Shown: piece after piece, positions 1 to 10,839 of the stretch
Layout: each line of letters begins with the position of its first letter
How positions within the stretch are numbered: position 1 is the stretch's first letter
Source: Botryllus schlosseri
Lineage: Eukaryota
DNA length: 64,000 nt
Assembly: GCA_051294905.1 (NCBI GenBank)
Contig: CM119371.1
Location: 15,750,001 to 15,814,000 of the forward strand
Direction of reading: 5' to 3'
Program-made: the position numbers and the translations under genes
Notes under the pieces: generated by a model
Told to the model about the DNA's origin: nothing
Databases searched by the model: none
Seen by the model: only the letters and a program-made list of their open reading frames with translations

Positions 1-1110
1 CGAATAGAACTGTAGAAGCCGGGTAATATAGCGCATAGCACTCGCCATCTCAAGTCGTATATACAATAACATAGGCACGGGAAAATTGGTACATATTCCG
101 CGAAGCTTAGCAGCGACAACTGCATAAATTTAGCAACAGAACACGTTGGTTGGCTCCAGCGACGAAATCAATCGATGACCATGTTGTCGTAAGATTCTCT
201 CGATACAGTTGAAATATTCTGTCCTCTTTCGCGTCGAGATTTTGCATGGGATCTGATATTGAAGGCAAATCGTTAGCAACCATGCACTTACAATTCAGTA
301 TACGCAGCCCTGGTGTAATAATCAGAAGCGGTCAAAGTTTACAGTCTTGCTACTGAAGTAGAAATAAAAGTAGCATTTTTAAATATTTAATGTTTAAGCA
401 ACATCAAGTGGAAGCAGAGGTGAATGGTGTTAAAATAACTTAAATGAGTAGTTGAAAACAGTAGATTTTGTCGAAGTGCGGCAAACTCTTTTCCGTTAAT
501 CGGGGGTGGCTGTGATGTACGTTCGCGACTCAAAATGCCTAATGACGCCAGGGATAGCCTAGCCTACAGTACAAAGATAGCGAATATCTTTGAAGACATT
601 TGAATTACAGGGTTGGTTGATTGGTACGGTTTTTATTGATGCTCGGCAACTGTGGTATTGTGCACCAAATCGAAAGTTTGATTAGAGAACAAGACTTTTC
701 TACATTATTCGATTCGACAGGTGTGCGAATTCCATAATAAGCGTTGCTGCGAAAGGCCTAGTAAGAATTTCCTATAACACAATGTTGCCGTCATGGCGCT
801 TGCAGCTTCGTTGATATATTGTCTGCTAGTTGAGCATCTCGGATATTTTAGCAGAAAACGTTCCACTGATTCCGGCTGTGTGCACAGTTCACATAATCTA
901 TGTCATGGCATACGATCCCGTGCACACGATAGTTCAGCCCGAAATCGCGAGTTTGGAGTCGGATATAGGGGTTCTGGAGTCGATCTCGGCCGTACTCGAA
1001 CCCGCAAGCCATTGGTGTCGCAGCTGTGGAACGTACCACTGCGCTACCTGGCCACACGAACCTATGGAAATACTAGCATCGTTATACTTACCGCGTAAAC
1101 ATCATACGAC

Positions 1111-2647
1111 TGTGTGATTATCTCTTACTACTATCTCTCTCTCTAGTAGTTTCCCTAAACGCATGAGCGATCTCGTCTTCTTGTTGTTGTGATTGTGCGA
1201 CGTGCGTGCAATCCGTGCATGCATGTATTAGGGCCAGCACCGTAACTGCCGCACCCCAAACCCCCCAATTGGGGGGGGGGCGAGCTCGAAGGGGGCCCAA
1301 AATTATTTCGTGAATTAGCATAAATCATAGAGTATTTTTTTAAAATTTATGCAATTTTTTCAAAAATTTTTTCGCGCTGCGCGCGAATTCAAGATGCCAT
1401 TTATCTTGATTATTGGGTATTGGGCCATTACCGCGCTACGACCCACCAAGACATACAATCAAGTTGTAAGCCATATAACATGAGACTCCAAGAAGTGTGC
1501 CAAAACGATCGGCAGCGAGAAAACCTTTGCCGAAAAGGACTATGCCGTTATGCTGACCGAAGACTTCGTTATATATACAAAATACATATAGATTTAATTG
1601 TCCATAGGCGCCTAAATGACTGGCGCCGAATGTTCCCGTCTTGGCAATCTGAACCTCACAAGACAAATACCATCCCGCTGAGAAAAATTTTACGCCAGTG
1701 AAGAAATACCAATTTGAAATCGTGTGCGTCTTTCAGTTTAGTACGTTCATGTGATTCTATATTTTTTGATCTAGCAGACTGGAAGTCGCGAAATAACATC
1801 ATGTAACGAAGTCATATCAACGGGTCCGCGCGCCCGAAAATGTTTAATTATTATTTACGGGTCCTGCCGTCTTCAAGACACTTCACTCAGCTCTACCGGT
1901 AAATTTAATTACGTGAGTAGAGAGGACAAAGTGATAGCAATATATATGCAATTGCCGATCTGATTGACCGATTTTATCATAAATTACCGAAAATTTTTGC
2001 GCTTGGCGCTGGCTCGCTATACAGTACAGCTCATTGCGTGACAAACGCGAGCAACGTGATTGGGGAGGGGGTCATTCTATCATCCTATGGGATCCCAAGA
2101 CCCAAGTTGTTGGGTTCTCTGACGAGGTGCTGTTTCGTTCCTGCCAACGGTATACGCCCGAAGATGTTTAATTATTATTGAGTGGTCCTACCTTTTCGAA
2201 CACACGTCACTCAGCTCTACTAGCAAATCTGATTACGTGACCAGAGATAAGATAAAAATTGATAACAATATATATGCAATTCCCGATCATACTGGCCGAT
2301 TCAATCAAGAATTCTAGAAATTTTTGCGCTTCGCGGGCTTAGGCGAGAAAAGCTGACTCACCAAACAACCCCCCAATGTAGATGATAAGTAGCCATAAAC
2401 AGGGTAAAGCCTGAGGGGGGTCTGGGGGGCGTAGCCCCCCATAAGTTAAGTTTATCACACTATGGGGGGCCCAAGACCAACGTTTTGGGGGGGGCTGGCG
2501 AAGTGCTGTTACGGCCCTGATTAGGGCCCACATCTTGTGAGTTGTTGGAGCAATAGGGATTAGGCTAGTCGATGCAACTGTTCTTTTGTATTTCAGTTTG
2601 ATCATTTATTACGGTATTTAACCTATGAATAAATGCAAAGTTGCACA
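1111..2647 (+). repeat. 5' LTR of element A, split by a hAT-like insertion at 1235-2519
   Basis: After removing the insertion it aligns with 14352-14586, with about 11 substitutions and one 9-bp indel by manual count. Confidence 0.95.
1235..2519. mobile_element. Non-autonomous hAT-like DNA transposon (CAGGGCCGTAAC family), copy 1
   Basis: Ends CAGCACCGTAAC...GTTACGGCCCTG. 8-bp TSD ATTAGGGC at 1227-1234 and 2520-2527. Homologous to 14981-16218 and 59608-61883. No transposase ORF. Confidence 0.92.
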
Positions 2648-2818
2648 TGATCAACCGACCATTGATCTTTTGGTCTCCACCCGGCAAGCCGATTATACCC
2701 AGTTCAATATCCAGCGTCCCAAAATATCGCCCAAGAAGATAAAGGCGATATCAGACACTGGTGCACAATCATCCTTGATGGGATTGAAACTGTTTCGAGC
2801 ATGCGGCTTCAAGGACCA
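2648..2818 (+). pseudogene. N-terminal part of element A aspartic protease
   Basis: KIKAISDTGAQSSLMG (DTG motif). The frame resumes after element B at 10840 (GFKD-QHLIPVKKRLVAANDEGIHILG). Confidence 0.9.
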
Positions 2819-2914
2819 TGTAGTGTCTTGGCATTGTGGGTAGGAGTCACATGACCGCGGTGTGCGCGTATGCATGAGACGGGTAGTGAAGCGGGTGATA
2901 GAGTAAGAGCGGAG

Positions 2915-5900
2915 CAATGATATATATACAATGATTGGAAACTACCGTGAGCTCTGCGTTTCAGCGTGTTCCTGGTCACGCTTCATCGCATACACAGTTG
3001 TGCCGTAAACAAAGGCTTCCTCAGCAATACTTCTTTGAGGAACTAGCGATGATATATAATTCATTGGGTTTATTTATCAGTGGCAATTAACGTTAACGTG
3101 TTGAATAGCTTTAAAAGCGCATTTCTTTCTCGCGTCTGGCATTTTTCTTCTGATTATGCTCGCGGACCGCTGCCATATAAACGTTGATTCACGTAATTCG
3201 TACAGTCGTACACCTAGTTCACAAGATAAATTTCGCGCGTCATGCGCGTATCGTAAATCCAATTCACACATTGACGACTCGCAATTCCCGTGATGTAGCC
3301 TTGTGACGACCAACGAGGCTTATGTTCACACAGTCGTGGTCGTTCAACCTTTGTTGCAAGTGACACAACCTTCATTCCAACTTGCTAAATCAATAACATT
3401 ATATATAATTAAATATCAAGCAGACGTAGTTTTTAAAGGAGTAATTCTAGTTATTTTGAGTATTCGAGTAGGTTTGCCTACTTCCGCGGGTGATTGTTTT
3501 CATACTACTCACCAAACAAAAACATCACAACTTGTTTTTTTCCGGGGAAATCTAGATCTCCTGAGTTTTGAAGGTTTTTGAAAATAGCACGCACATATTT
3601 AATGGCCATTTTGCGGCAGTCACTAAGCTTAACCCTGCAATTTCAAAAGTGACTATTTCCAACTGGCTCAGAGCGAACAACCAAATCTACTTTTAGAACT
3701 TTTTAAAAGTACTATACCGATTTATATTTTCGCTACTTCTATTTGAACCTGAGTAAATCATTGTAGCAATACTTCCACTACTTCAGTAGCAACGCTGCAT
3801 ACATCACCCACCTCTGAAAAAAGTCACCTATCCATGATCATTCCACAAAATCTCGATGCCTTACAATACAGAATTGAATTTTCAGGATTTCATCATGTTA
3901 TGTAAAGAAATGAGGAAGATACATACACTTCACAGATATAGAACATTTACGAATACATAATTTAATCCTCAAATCCTTAATTCATGTGTATATGACCGAA
4001 ATAATGATGCAGGCATTTGAAAAAAGTAACATTAATATGCAACTGTACAGAACTAGACCAATGCAAAAATAACCATGTGGACAACAAAAACAGTTTATGC
4101 CTGATTTGTTAAGCAATATCAGTGCTAGATACCAAGTTTTGTTATCTTCAACTTGGGAAAAGTATTTGGATGATGTCCTTAATAATGCAGCAGTACGCTC
4201 GCTTTCGTTGGCTCAAGAATGGCCAAATACGACCCGAATGATGCCGTATCTACTCTTGATGAAATCTGCCTTGTTTAGCTATTTGTCCATCTTTGCTTGC
4301 TCTTGCCCGAATCATTGGTAGGATGGGGAGCATTCTTTTTCCGTAATTTTATATGATATCAAGGTGTCACCAAATTCATTAATATCTGTAAGTGCAGAAT
4401 AAGGATTCGGCTATTTGACCGTACTTGTCCATGGTTAGTAAATGCATAAATGGTTATCGAGACTCAAGAATTTTTTGGTTTCTCAAGTTGCTGTTCCTTC
4501 AGCACAAGAATCTATCCATTTTCGCATTTTAGGCAAGAAATCATTTTCCAGCCAGTCCAAGCGTGAATCGTCTGGACTGCAATATGGCTTCAAGTTGGCG
4601 TTGTAGCTGAACTTGGTTGATGTATTCATGTCGAACCACTTGTAAATACTGGCAAACCATGCAGAAGCTTCTTTAGCCTCACCTCTCCTGCTCGCATAAT
4701 ACGCGCAACACTATTAGAGAGAAGCTGAGCTGCAAAAATCTCCCGCATCTTTGCCAAGCTTTGCATACGAAAATGTGCATCCGTCAATTTGCCGCATCTC
4801 AATTCCGTCAGTTCAAACAGCCGTAAAATGCCGCCATCGAATAAATTTACCATCCTTGTTGAGAAGTTTCGTACCACCAGTGCGGCTGGCGTAGAGGTTG
4901 TTGCGTACGCTCTTGGAACATCTTGCGATTTGCACTGAGTCCATCAGCAACAAACGCAGCTACCCGAAATCCACAATCCTCCACGATGCCGACACATTTC
5001 CAGAATATAGGCCTACTCGAAAGTCGAAATGAAGCCACCGACTTTGTTGCGCAGTATGCCAAGGGTTTGGAAACGGACGTTACCAGGCCACTGGCATAAA
5101 CTTGAAGAGCGTGTGTAGCTGCATGGTTCATCATCATCTACAGGTCTCGACTCCCCAAGATCAACGAATCCTACCATTCCGTCTTTCGTTGTACTGAATA
5201 CAATATTCTCTTTCACTGAAAATGCAAAAAATCAGAAGTAGTTAGACACATGAAACATCACCGTGAACAGCATTGCTGAAATATTCGCGATGAAGTTTTC
5301 GACACAGCTATGAAGTCATGAGAACACAATCTAGCCAATTTACAGGCAAATTCAAGGTTGGAATTGCTCCAATTTGCAATTTGATCGATTTGTGTCCTAT
5401 ACGCAAGAGCAAATGCATTAGACATTAAAACAAAACTCGTTTCAACAGCTTACCAGTCAACTACCGTGGGAATCAAAATATATAGCCAAGGTAGCCCACC
5501 ACTCTGTAGTGCTTACTGCTTATGCAATGATGAAGAGTAGGCTACAGTATAGAATCATTTCCTCACCTTTCAACAAATCAGATGACGCGAATGAAGTTCG
5601 GAAATCTTTAAATCGTCTTTTTTTGTACAATTGATCCAGCCACGATATTGACGCATGCTCTTTACAAATTTCTCAAGGTTTTCCACCCATTCATATTTGG
5701 CGCCAGTACAAAAACGTTTTGCGGAAACTTCAAACAAATGCGCATTGGCAGAGATTTTAGCACACCCTGGTATGCAACACTATCTCACATCTGACGCAAC
5801 CAACTATTCATCAATCAACTATTAATGAGAAAAAAGAGTTATAAATATTATAGTAGCCTTCAATAAAATTGCTTTCTGTTAAATGGGTCTCATCGAATTT

Positions 5901-6257
5901 AAAATGTTTGAATCTCGATCTGTCCTAATTTTCCAAGCTTTTTTACGCTCATCCACAGCTACAAAAACCTAAGCAGCTAGTCAGTACCTGAAAATTGCGC
6001 ATTGGCGGAAGTTTGATTAGACCTTAGCATGCAGTACTGTCTCACTATGCTCGCAAATCCTGTTAACAATCAACCAGCAAACGAAAAAACAGTGGAATAA
6101 CTGCCAGCAAAGGTGATAGCAGCACTCCACCACGGTCAACATTACTCAATGAAGTGTATGCAGTCAACCTTATCCGCGCACACGCTGATTTCGGCGGGAG
6201 TAAACCTTACAGCGTTAGGGGGCGTGGCAGTTTCCAATCATTGTATATATATCATTG
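2915..6257 (-). mobile_element. P-element-superfamily DNA transposon with decayed transposase, inserted in the 5' LTR of element B
   Basis: Perfect 29-bp TIR CAATGATATATATACAATGATTGGAAACT. 8-bp TSD GAGCGGAG at 2907-2914 and 6258-6265. Transposase fragments on the minus strand. Confidence 0.93.
4300..5216 (-). pseudogene. P-element/THAP9-like transposase fragments
   Basis: GMVGFVDLG, ATHALQVYASG...KPLAY, GFRVAAFVADGLSANRKM and KMREIFAAQLLSNSVA match P-transposase motifs. They are split over several frames; boundaries are approximate. Confidence 0.85.
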
Positions 6258-6331
6258 GAGCGGAGTGAATAAAGGATCGGAATAAGACTGCATATACGTG
6301 TGATATCGGACACCGGGTAGGATACTACATT

Positions 6332-6344
6332 TGGCGACGAGGAT
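6332..6344 (+). promoter_or_regulatory. Primer binding site of element B, complementary to the tRNA-Ser(GCT) 3' end
   Basis: TGGCGACGAGGAT lies 2 nt after the 5' LTR. It is the reverse complement of ...ATCCTCGTCGCCA. Confidence 0.8.
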
Positions 6345-6360
6345 AACGTGTTCTGAGACA

Positions 6361-9300
6361 ATGGCGGATGAGAATAATCACGAGGATGTTGCAGGAAACT
6401 TGGCTGGGGCAGCTAGTACTGTCGAATACAGCGCTAGCCCCATGCCAAAATTTGAGATGAGTGGAGATCCCACTGAGATTGCCACCAGCTGGAAAAGGTG
6501 GAAAAGGGGATTTGGCCTGTACATATCAGTGAAACGCATCACAGCCGATGAAAGGAAAGTCTCCGAATTGCTGCACACAGGTGGCTTCGATTTGCAGGAC
6601 CTATATTATTCACTAGTCCCAGAGACTGAGGTTAAAACCTATGCCGAGGTGATTGAAAAACTTGACGAGTATTTGTTACCGAAAGGCAATGCTGCTTTCG
6701 AAAGATACCTCTTCAGGCAAGTGGAACAAAATCCACAAGAAACTATCCATCAGTATGTTTGTAGACTGAAGCAAAAAGCTAAGTCTTGCAATTTTAAAGA
6801 TGAAGACGAAGCAATATGTGATCAGGTATTGGAAAAGTGTACGGATAGTTCCCTGAAAAGGAAACTGCTTGAGAAAAGTACTGCAATGAAACTACCCGAT
6901 TTATTGCAAATATCTGTAGCGCATGAAGCAGTTACTAGGCACCTTATGACCATGAGTCAGCAAGAAGAGTGTGCTGCTGTAAGTGATGACCGTCACAGTC
7001 ACACAGGCTCCGGTAGAGGGCGGAAAATGACTCGGTCAAGGCGTAGCAGTGACAGAAAGAGAGTTGATACTTCCGTGCGTTGTTATCGCTGTGACGAAAC
7101 CGGTCATATCTCGACTGACGTGTCTTGTCCGGCCAGGAAGAAGAACTGCGGTCGCTGTGGGAAAAAGGGTCATTTTGAAAAGCGCTGCAGATCCAGACGA
7201 CCGGCATACCGAGTTAAAGAAACGTTCTCTTCAGATGGATCTAGTAACTCGTCAGATGATCAGGAGGACACAATATGCAATGTGCACAAGGTTCAGAGGA
7301 GTAATTCAAAAACTGCCTACTCTACTGAGGGTGGGTGTAAGGATACTAGCGATGGATTTATTGACTTGACATTGGGAGGAGTTAAATTACAAAGACTCAT
7401 GATTGACAGTGGCTCAGGTGTCAACACAGTGGATAAACCCACCTGGAAATACTTGATATCCAAAGGCTTCAGACACAAGGTGGTTAAGAAAGATGGCAAT
7501 TTGTTTGCTTATGGACAGGACATACCATTGAGTGTATGGCGTGTATTCCATGTCCGTGTCAAGTGTAAAGAAACGACGAGATCATGCAAATGTAAGTTTT
7601 ACGTGATTAATAAACGTGCAAAGCCGCTGTTAGGGAAAAGAGCTGCGGAAGCATTAAATCTGCTGCGAGTTGGACCTCCAACAGATGAGCTAGCTGGAGA
7701 AGTTGTACTACAGCAAAAGGACATTCGTGAGAAAATGTTGAAACAATTCCCGGCTGTGTTCAATGGTATTGGCAAGCTGAAGAATTATCAGATGCACCTG
7801 CACATAGATGGTGATGTCAGACCAGTAGCCCAATCTTGCAGGCCTATTCCATATGGCTATCGAGACTTGGTTGCGAAAAAACTGGAGGAGTTGCAGGAAC
7901 ACGGGATAATTGAACCCGTACCGAATAGTCCGACGACTTGGGTATCTCCTTTGCATGTTGTCCCAAAAGCAAATGGGGATGTTCGCCTTTGTGTGGACAT
8001 GAGGATGGCCAACAAGGCAATTGTACGAGAGCGTCACCCAATTCCAACTGTGGAAGACGTACTTAATGAACTGTCTGGGGCAAAATTCTTTTCTAAGATT
8101 GATCTCAAATGGGGATTTCACCAGATAGAACTTGATGAGGAGTCGAGAGAGATCACAACATTTGTGACCCACGAAGGACTTTTTCGCTATAAACGGCTCA
8201 TGTTTGGTATAAGCAGTGCACCCGAGAAGTACAACAAGATTGTGACTGATATGTTGAGAGACTGTTTTGGGGTAAAAAGCATAGCTGATGATTTAATTGT
8301 TTTTGGGGCTAGCAAAGAGCAACATGACAAGAACCTGATAGGAGTCCTGAAGAGACTTGAGGATGTGGGACTGACTGTTAATGCTGATAAATGCACGTTC
8401 GGTTTTCGAAAACTCACATTTTTCGGACACGACCTTAGCGCAGATGGAGTTTCTCCCAGTGCAGAGAAAGTGGAGGCGATTAGGAGTGCTAAACATCCTC
8501 GGACGGCAGCTGAGGTACGCTCGTTTTTGGGATTGGTTCAGTACTCTTCCAAGTTTTTACCCGATTTCTCACAAACTGCTGAGCCTCTGAGGATGCTTAC
8601 AAGAAAAGGTGCTACCTTCGTGTGGGGGAAGAGTCAGAAAAAATCATTCGAGTTACTGAAAGATATGATTACAAAACCAATGACACTGGGATATTTTCGC
8701 AATGACTGCCAAACCAGAATAATAACAGATGCTGGTCCGGCTGGGTTAGGTGGCGTTTTGACACAGCTCCAAGATGGACACTGGAGAGTCATTTCATATG
8801 CGTCGCGTTGTTTGAGCGAAGTGGAACGCAGATATTCCCAGACAGAAAAGGAGGCTCTGGCAATTGTTTGGGGATGCGAAAGATTCAACCTATATGTGTA
8901 TGGGAGGAAATTCGAAATTGAAACAGATCATAAGCCTCTCGAGTTCATTTATGGGGCTAAGTCGAAGCCTTCCGCTCGAATTGAAAGATGGGTGCTCCGA
9001 TTGCAGGGGTATGACTACAAAGTTGTATATCGACCGGGAAAAGGGAATATTGCCGATGCATTGTCACGATTGAATCCGACTAAGCAGAGTGACGATAGTG
9101 GATCAAGACAGGATTGGGTACGCGCAGTCGTCAAGGCATCCATAACAGGCACCTTGTCAATAAAGGAGATTGAGGATGAATCTGGAAAAGATGATGAACT
9201 ACTTACGTTAAAAGAGTTCATCAAGTCTGGAAATTGGAAAACTTGCAAGATGCCAGGATATCTCGGGGTTTTGGAGGAACTGTGCGTTTCTGGGAACTTA

Positions 9301-10509
9301 ATATTACGAGGAAATCGCATAATCATACCGAGAAGTCTGCGGCCGCAGATACTGAAAATTGCTCATGAGGGGCACCAAGGAATCGTTAAAACAAAGAATC
9401 TCTTGCGCACGAAAGTTTGGTGGCCAAAACTTGATAAAGACGCGGAGAGAATGTGCAGAGCCTGTTATGGCTGTCAAGCAGTTTGTGGATATGCGAAACC
9501 TGAACCTATGGAAAGAACTGCTCTACCAACTGGACCATGGCAAGATCTCGCCGCAGATATCCTTGGCCCCATGCCGACTGGAGAGTCTCTCTTTGTAGTA
9601 GTCGATTACTACAGCCGGTTCTTTGAAGTCGTCATCTTGAAGACAACTACTTCTTCGAAAATCATCAATGCATTAAATGAGATCTTCGCACGATTCGGAC
9701 TTCCAGTGTCTTTGAAGACTGATAATGGTAGCCAATTTACATCGGAGGAGTTTGAAGACTTCCTTCGTGAATATGGTATACAACATAGAACGTCTCCACC
9801 ACTCTGGCCGCAAGCGAATGGGGAGGTAGAAATCCAGAATAAATCCCTTGGCAAGGCAATGAAAGTGGCGCATGCCGAAGGAAAGAGGTGGCAGGAGGAG
9901 CTGTTCAAATTCTTGCTGGCATATCGATCTACCCCGCAATCAACGACAGGAGTGAGTCCTGCCCAGCTCATGTTTGGAAGGCAAATTCGCAACAAGCTTC
10001 CACAGCTTTTGGGGGAAGCCAAAGAAACGGATGAGGAAATCCGTGACAGAGATTGGCAACGTAAAATGAAAGGGAAAATCGAAGCTGATGCAAAACGTGG
10101 AGCTGTGAAGTGCAACATATTGCCTGGAGACAAAGTTCTACTAAAGAATGACAAGCAAGGAAAGCTGGAACCGAGATTTCGAATTTCACCTTACACTGTG
10201 AAAACACGGTGCGGTCAAGAGCTGACTTTGGAATCTAGCGATGGAGTTCGATGTCAAAGAAATAGTTCCTTTGTAAAGCCTCTTGTGCAGTTGGAAGAAG
10301 ATGTAGAGAACGGTTCAGCAAATGATTCTGGAATGAACGACTCTGTGAACGAAGGAACTCCTAGTAATAACATGCCTGCAACAGAACAGCCTCCGGTGCC
10401 GGTACAGCCATCTCGGGCGATGCCGAAGAGACATCCGAGAAGGCCTATCAAGTACAAAGACTATGTTTGCGGCAGTGTTTGGTATAGGAGGGGACACAAG
10501 TATGGGTAG
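6361..10509 (+). CDS. Gag-Pol polyprotein of element B (intact)
   Basis: Uninterrupted ORF; first ATG at 6361. Two zinc knuckles (CYRCDETGH...C, CGRCGKKGHFEKRC), protease IDSGSG, RT IADDL, RNase H TDAG/DHKPL, integrase HHCC plus D..TDNG..E. Confidence 0.97.
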   Translation: MADENNHEDVAGNLAGAASTVEYSASPMPKFEMSGDPTEIATSWKRWKRGFGLYISVKRITADERKVSELLHTGGFDLQDLYYSLVPETEVKTYAEVIEKLDEYLLPKGNAAFERYLFRQVEQNPQETIHQYVCRLKQKAKSCNFKDEDEAICDQVLEKCTDSSLKRKLLEKSTAMKLPDLLQISVAHEAVTRHLMTMSQQEECAAVSDDRHSHTGSGRGRKMTRSRRSSDRKRVDTSVRCYRCDETGHISTDVSCPARKKNCGRCGKKGHFEKRCRSRRPAYRVKETFSSDGSSNSSDDQEDTICNVHKVQRSNSKTAYSTEGGCKDTSDGFIDLTLGGVKLQRLMIDSGSGVNTVDKPTWKYLISKGFRHKVVKKDGNLFAYGQDIPLSVWRVFHVRVKCKETTRSCKCKFYVINKRAKPLLGKRAAEALNLLRVGPPTDELAGEVVLQQKDIREKMLKQFPAVFNGIGKLKNYQMHLHIDGDVRPVAQSCRPIPYGYRDLVAKKLEELQEHGIIEPVPNSPTTWVSPLHVVPKANGDVRLCVDMRMANKAIVRERHPIPTVEDVLNELSGAKFFSKIDLKWGFHQIELDEESREITTFVTHEGLFRYKRLMFGISSAPEKYNKIVTDMLRDCFGVKSIADDLIVFGASKEQHDKNLIGVLKRLEDVGLTVNADKCTFGFRKLTFFGHDLSADGVSPSAEKVEAIRSAKHPRTAAEVRSFLGLVQYSSKFLPDFSQTAEPLRMLTRKGATFVWGKSQKKSFELLKDMITKPMTLGYFRNDCQTRIITDAGPAGLGGVLTQLQDGHWRVISYASRCLSEVERRYSQTEKEALAIVWGCERFNLYVYGRKFEIETDHKPLEFIYGAKSKPSARIERWVLRLQGYDYKVVYRPGKGNIADALSRLNPTKQSDDSGSRQDWVRAVVKASITGTLSIKEIEDESGKDDELLTLKEFIKSGNWKTCKMPGYLGVLEELCVSGNLILRGNRIIIPRSLRPQILKIAHEGHQGIVKTKNLLRTKVWWPKLDKDAERMCRACYGCQAVCGYAKPEPMERTALPTGPWQDLAADILGPMPTGESLFVVVDYYSRFFEVVILKTTTSSKIINALNEIFARFGLPVSLKTDNGSQFTSEEFEDFLREYGIQHRTSPPLWPQANGEVEIQNKSLGKAMKVAHAEGKRWQEELFKFLLAYRSTPQSTTGVSPAQLMFGRQIRNKLPQLLGEAKETDEEIRDRDWQRKMKGKIEADAKRGAVKCNILPGDKVLLKNDKQGKLEPRFRISPYTVKTRCGQELTLESSDGVRCQRNSSFVKPLVQLEEDVENGSANDSGMNDSVNEGTPSNNMPATEQPPVPVQPSRAMPKRHPRRPIKYKDYVCGSVWYRRGHKYG

Positions 10510-10658
10510 CTGATTTGTGTTTGTATTCGCCATTTATGCACATCATTGTAGGGAACTGAGGTGAGCCTAGCGCCCTCGGGTAAAGACCGTGAAGGTCTGT
10601 AGATCTTTCATATTGTTTTGGTCTTGTATTGTATCGTTTCGTTGATATTGCTTTCCTC

Positions 10659-10674
10659 GAAGAAGGAAAGAGAA
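10659..10674 (+). promoter_or_regulatory. Polypurine tract of element B
   Basis: GAAGAAGGAAAGAGAA directly precedes the 3' LTR. Confidence 0.9.
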
Positions 10675-10839
10675 TGTAGTGTCTTGGCATTGTGGGTAGG
10701 AGTCACATGACCGCGGTGTGCGCGTATGCATGAGACGGGTAGTGAAGCGGGTGATAGAGTAAGAGCGGAGTGAATAAAGGATCGGAATAAGACTGCATAT
10801 ACGTGTGATATCGGACACCGGGTAGGATACTACAGACCA

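Larger units (their letters stand above)
2819..10834 (+). mobile_element. Gypsy LTR retrotransposon B (Mag-like, single gag-pol ORF), inserted in the protease of element A
   Basis: 160-bp LTRs (2819-2914 + 6266-6329, and 10675-10834) that read identical. 5-bp TSD GACCA at 2814-2818 and 10835-10839. PBS and PPT present. Confidence 0.97.
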
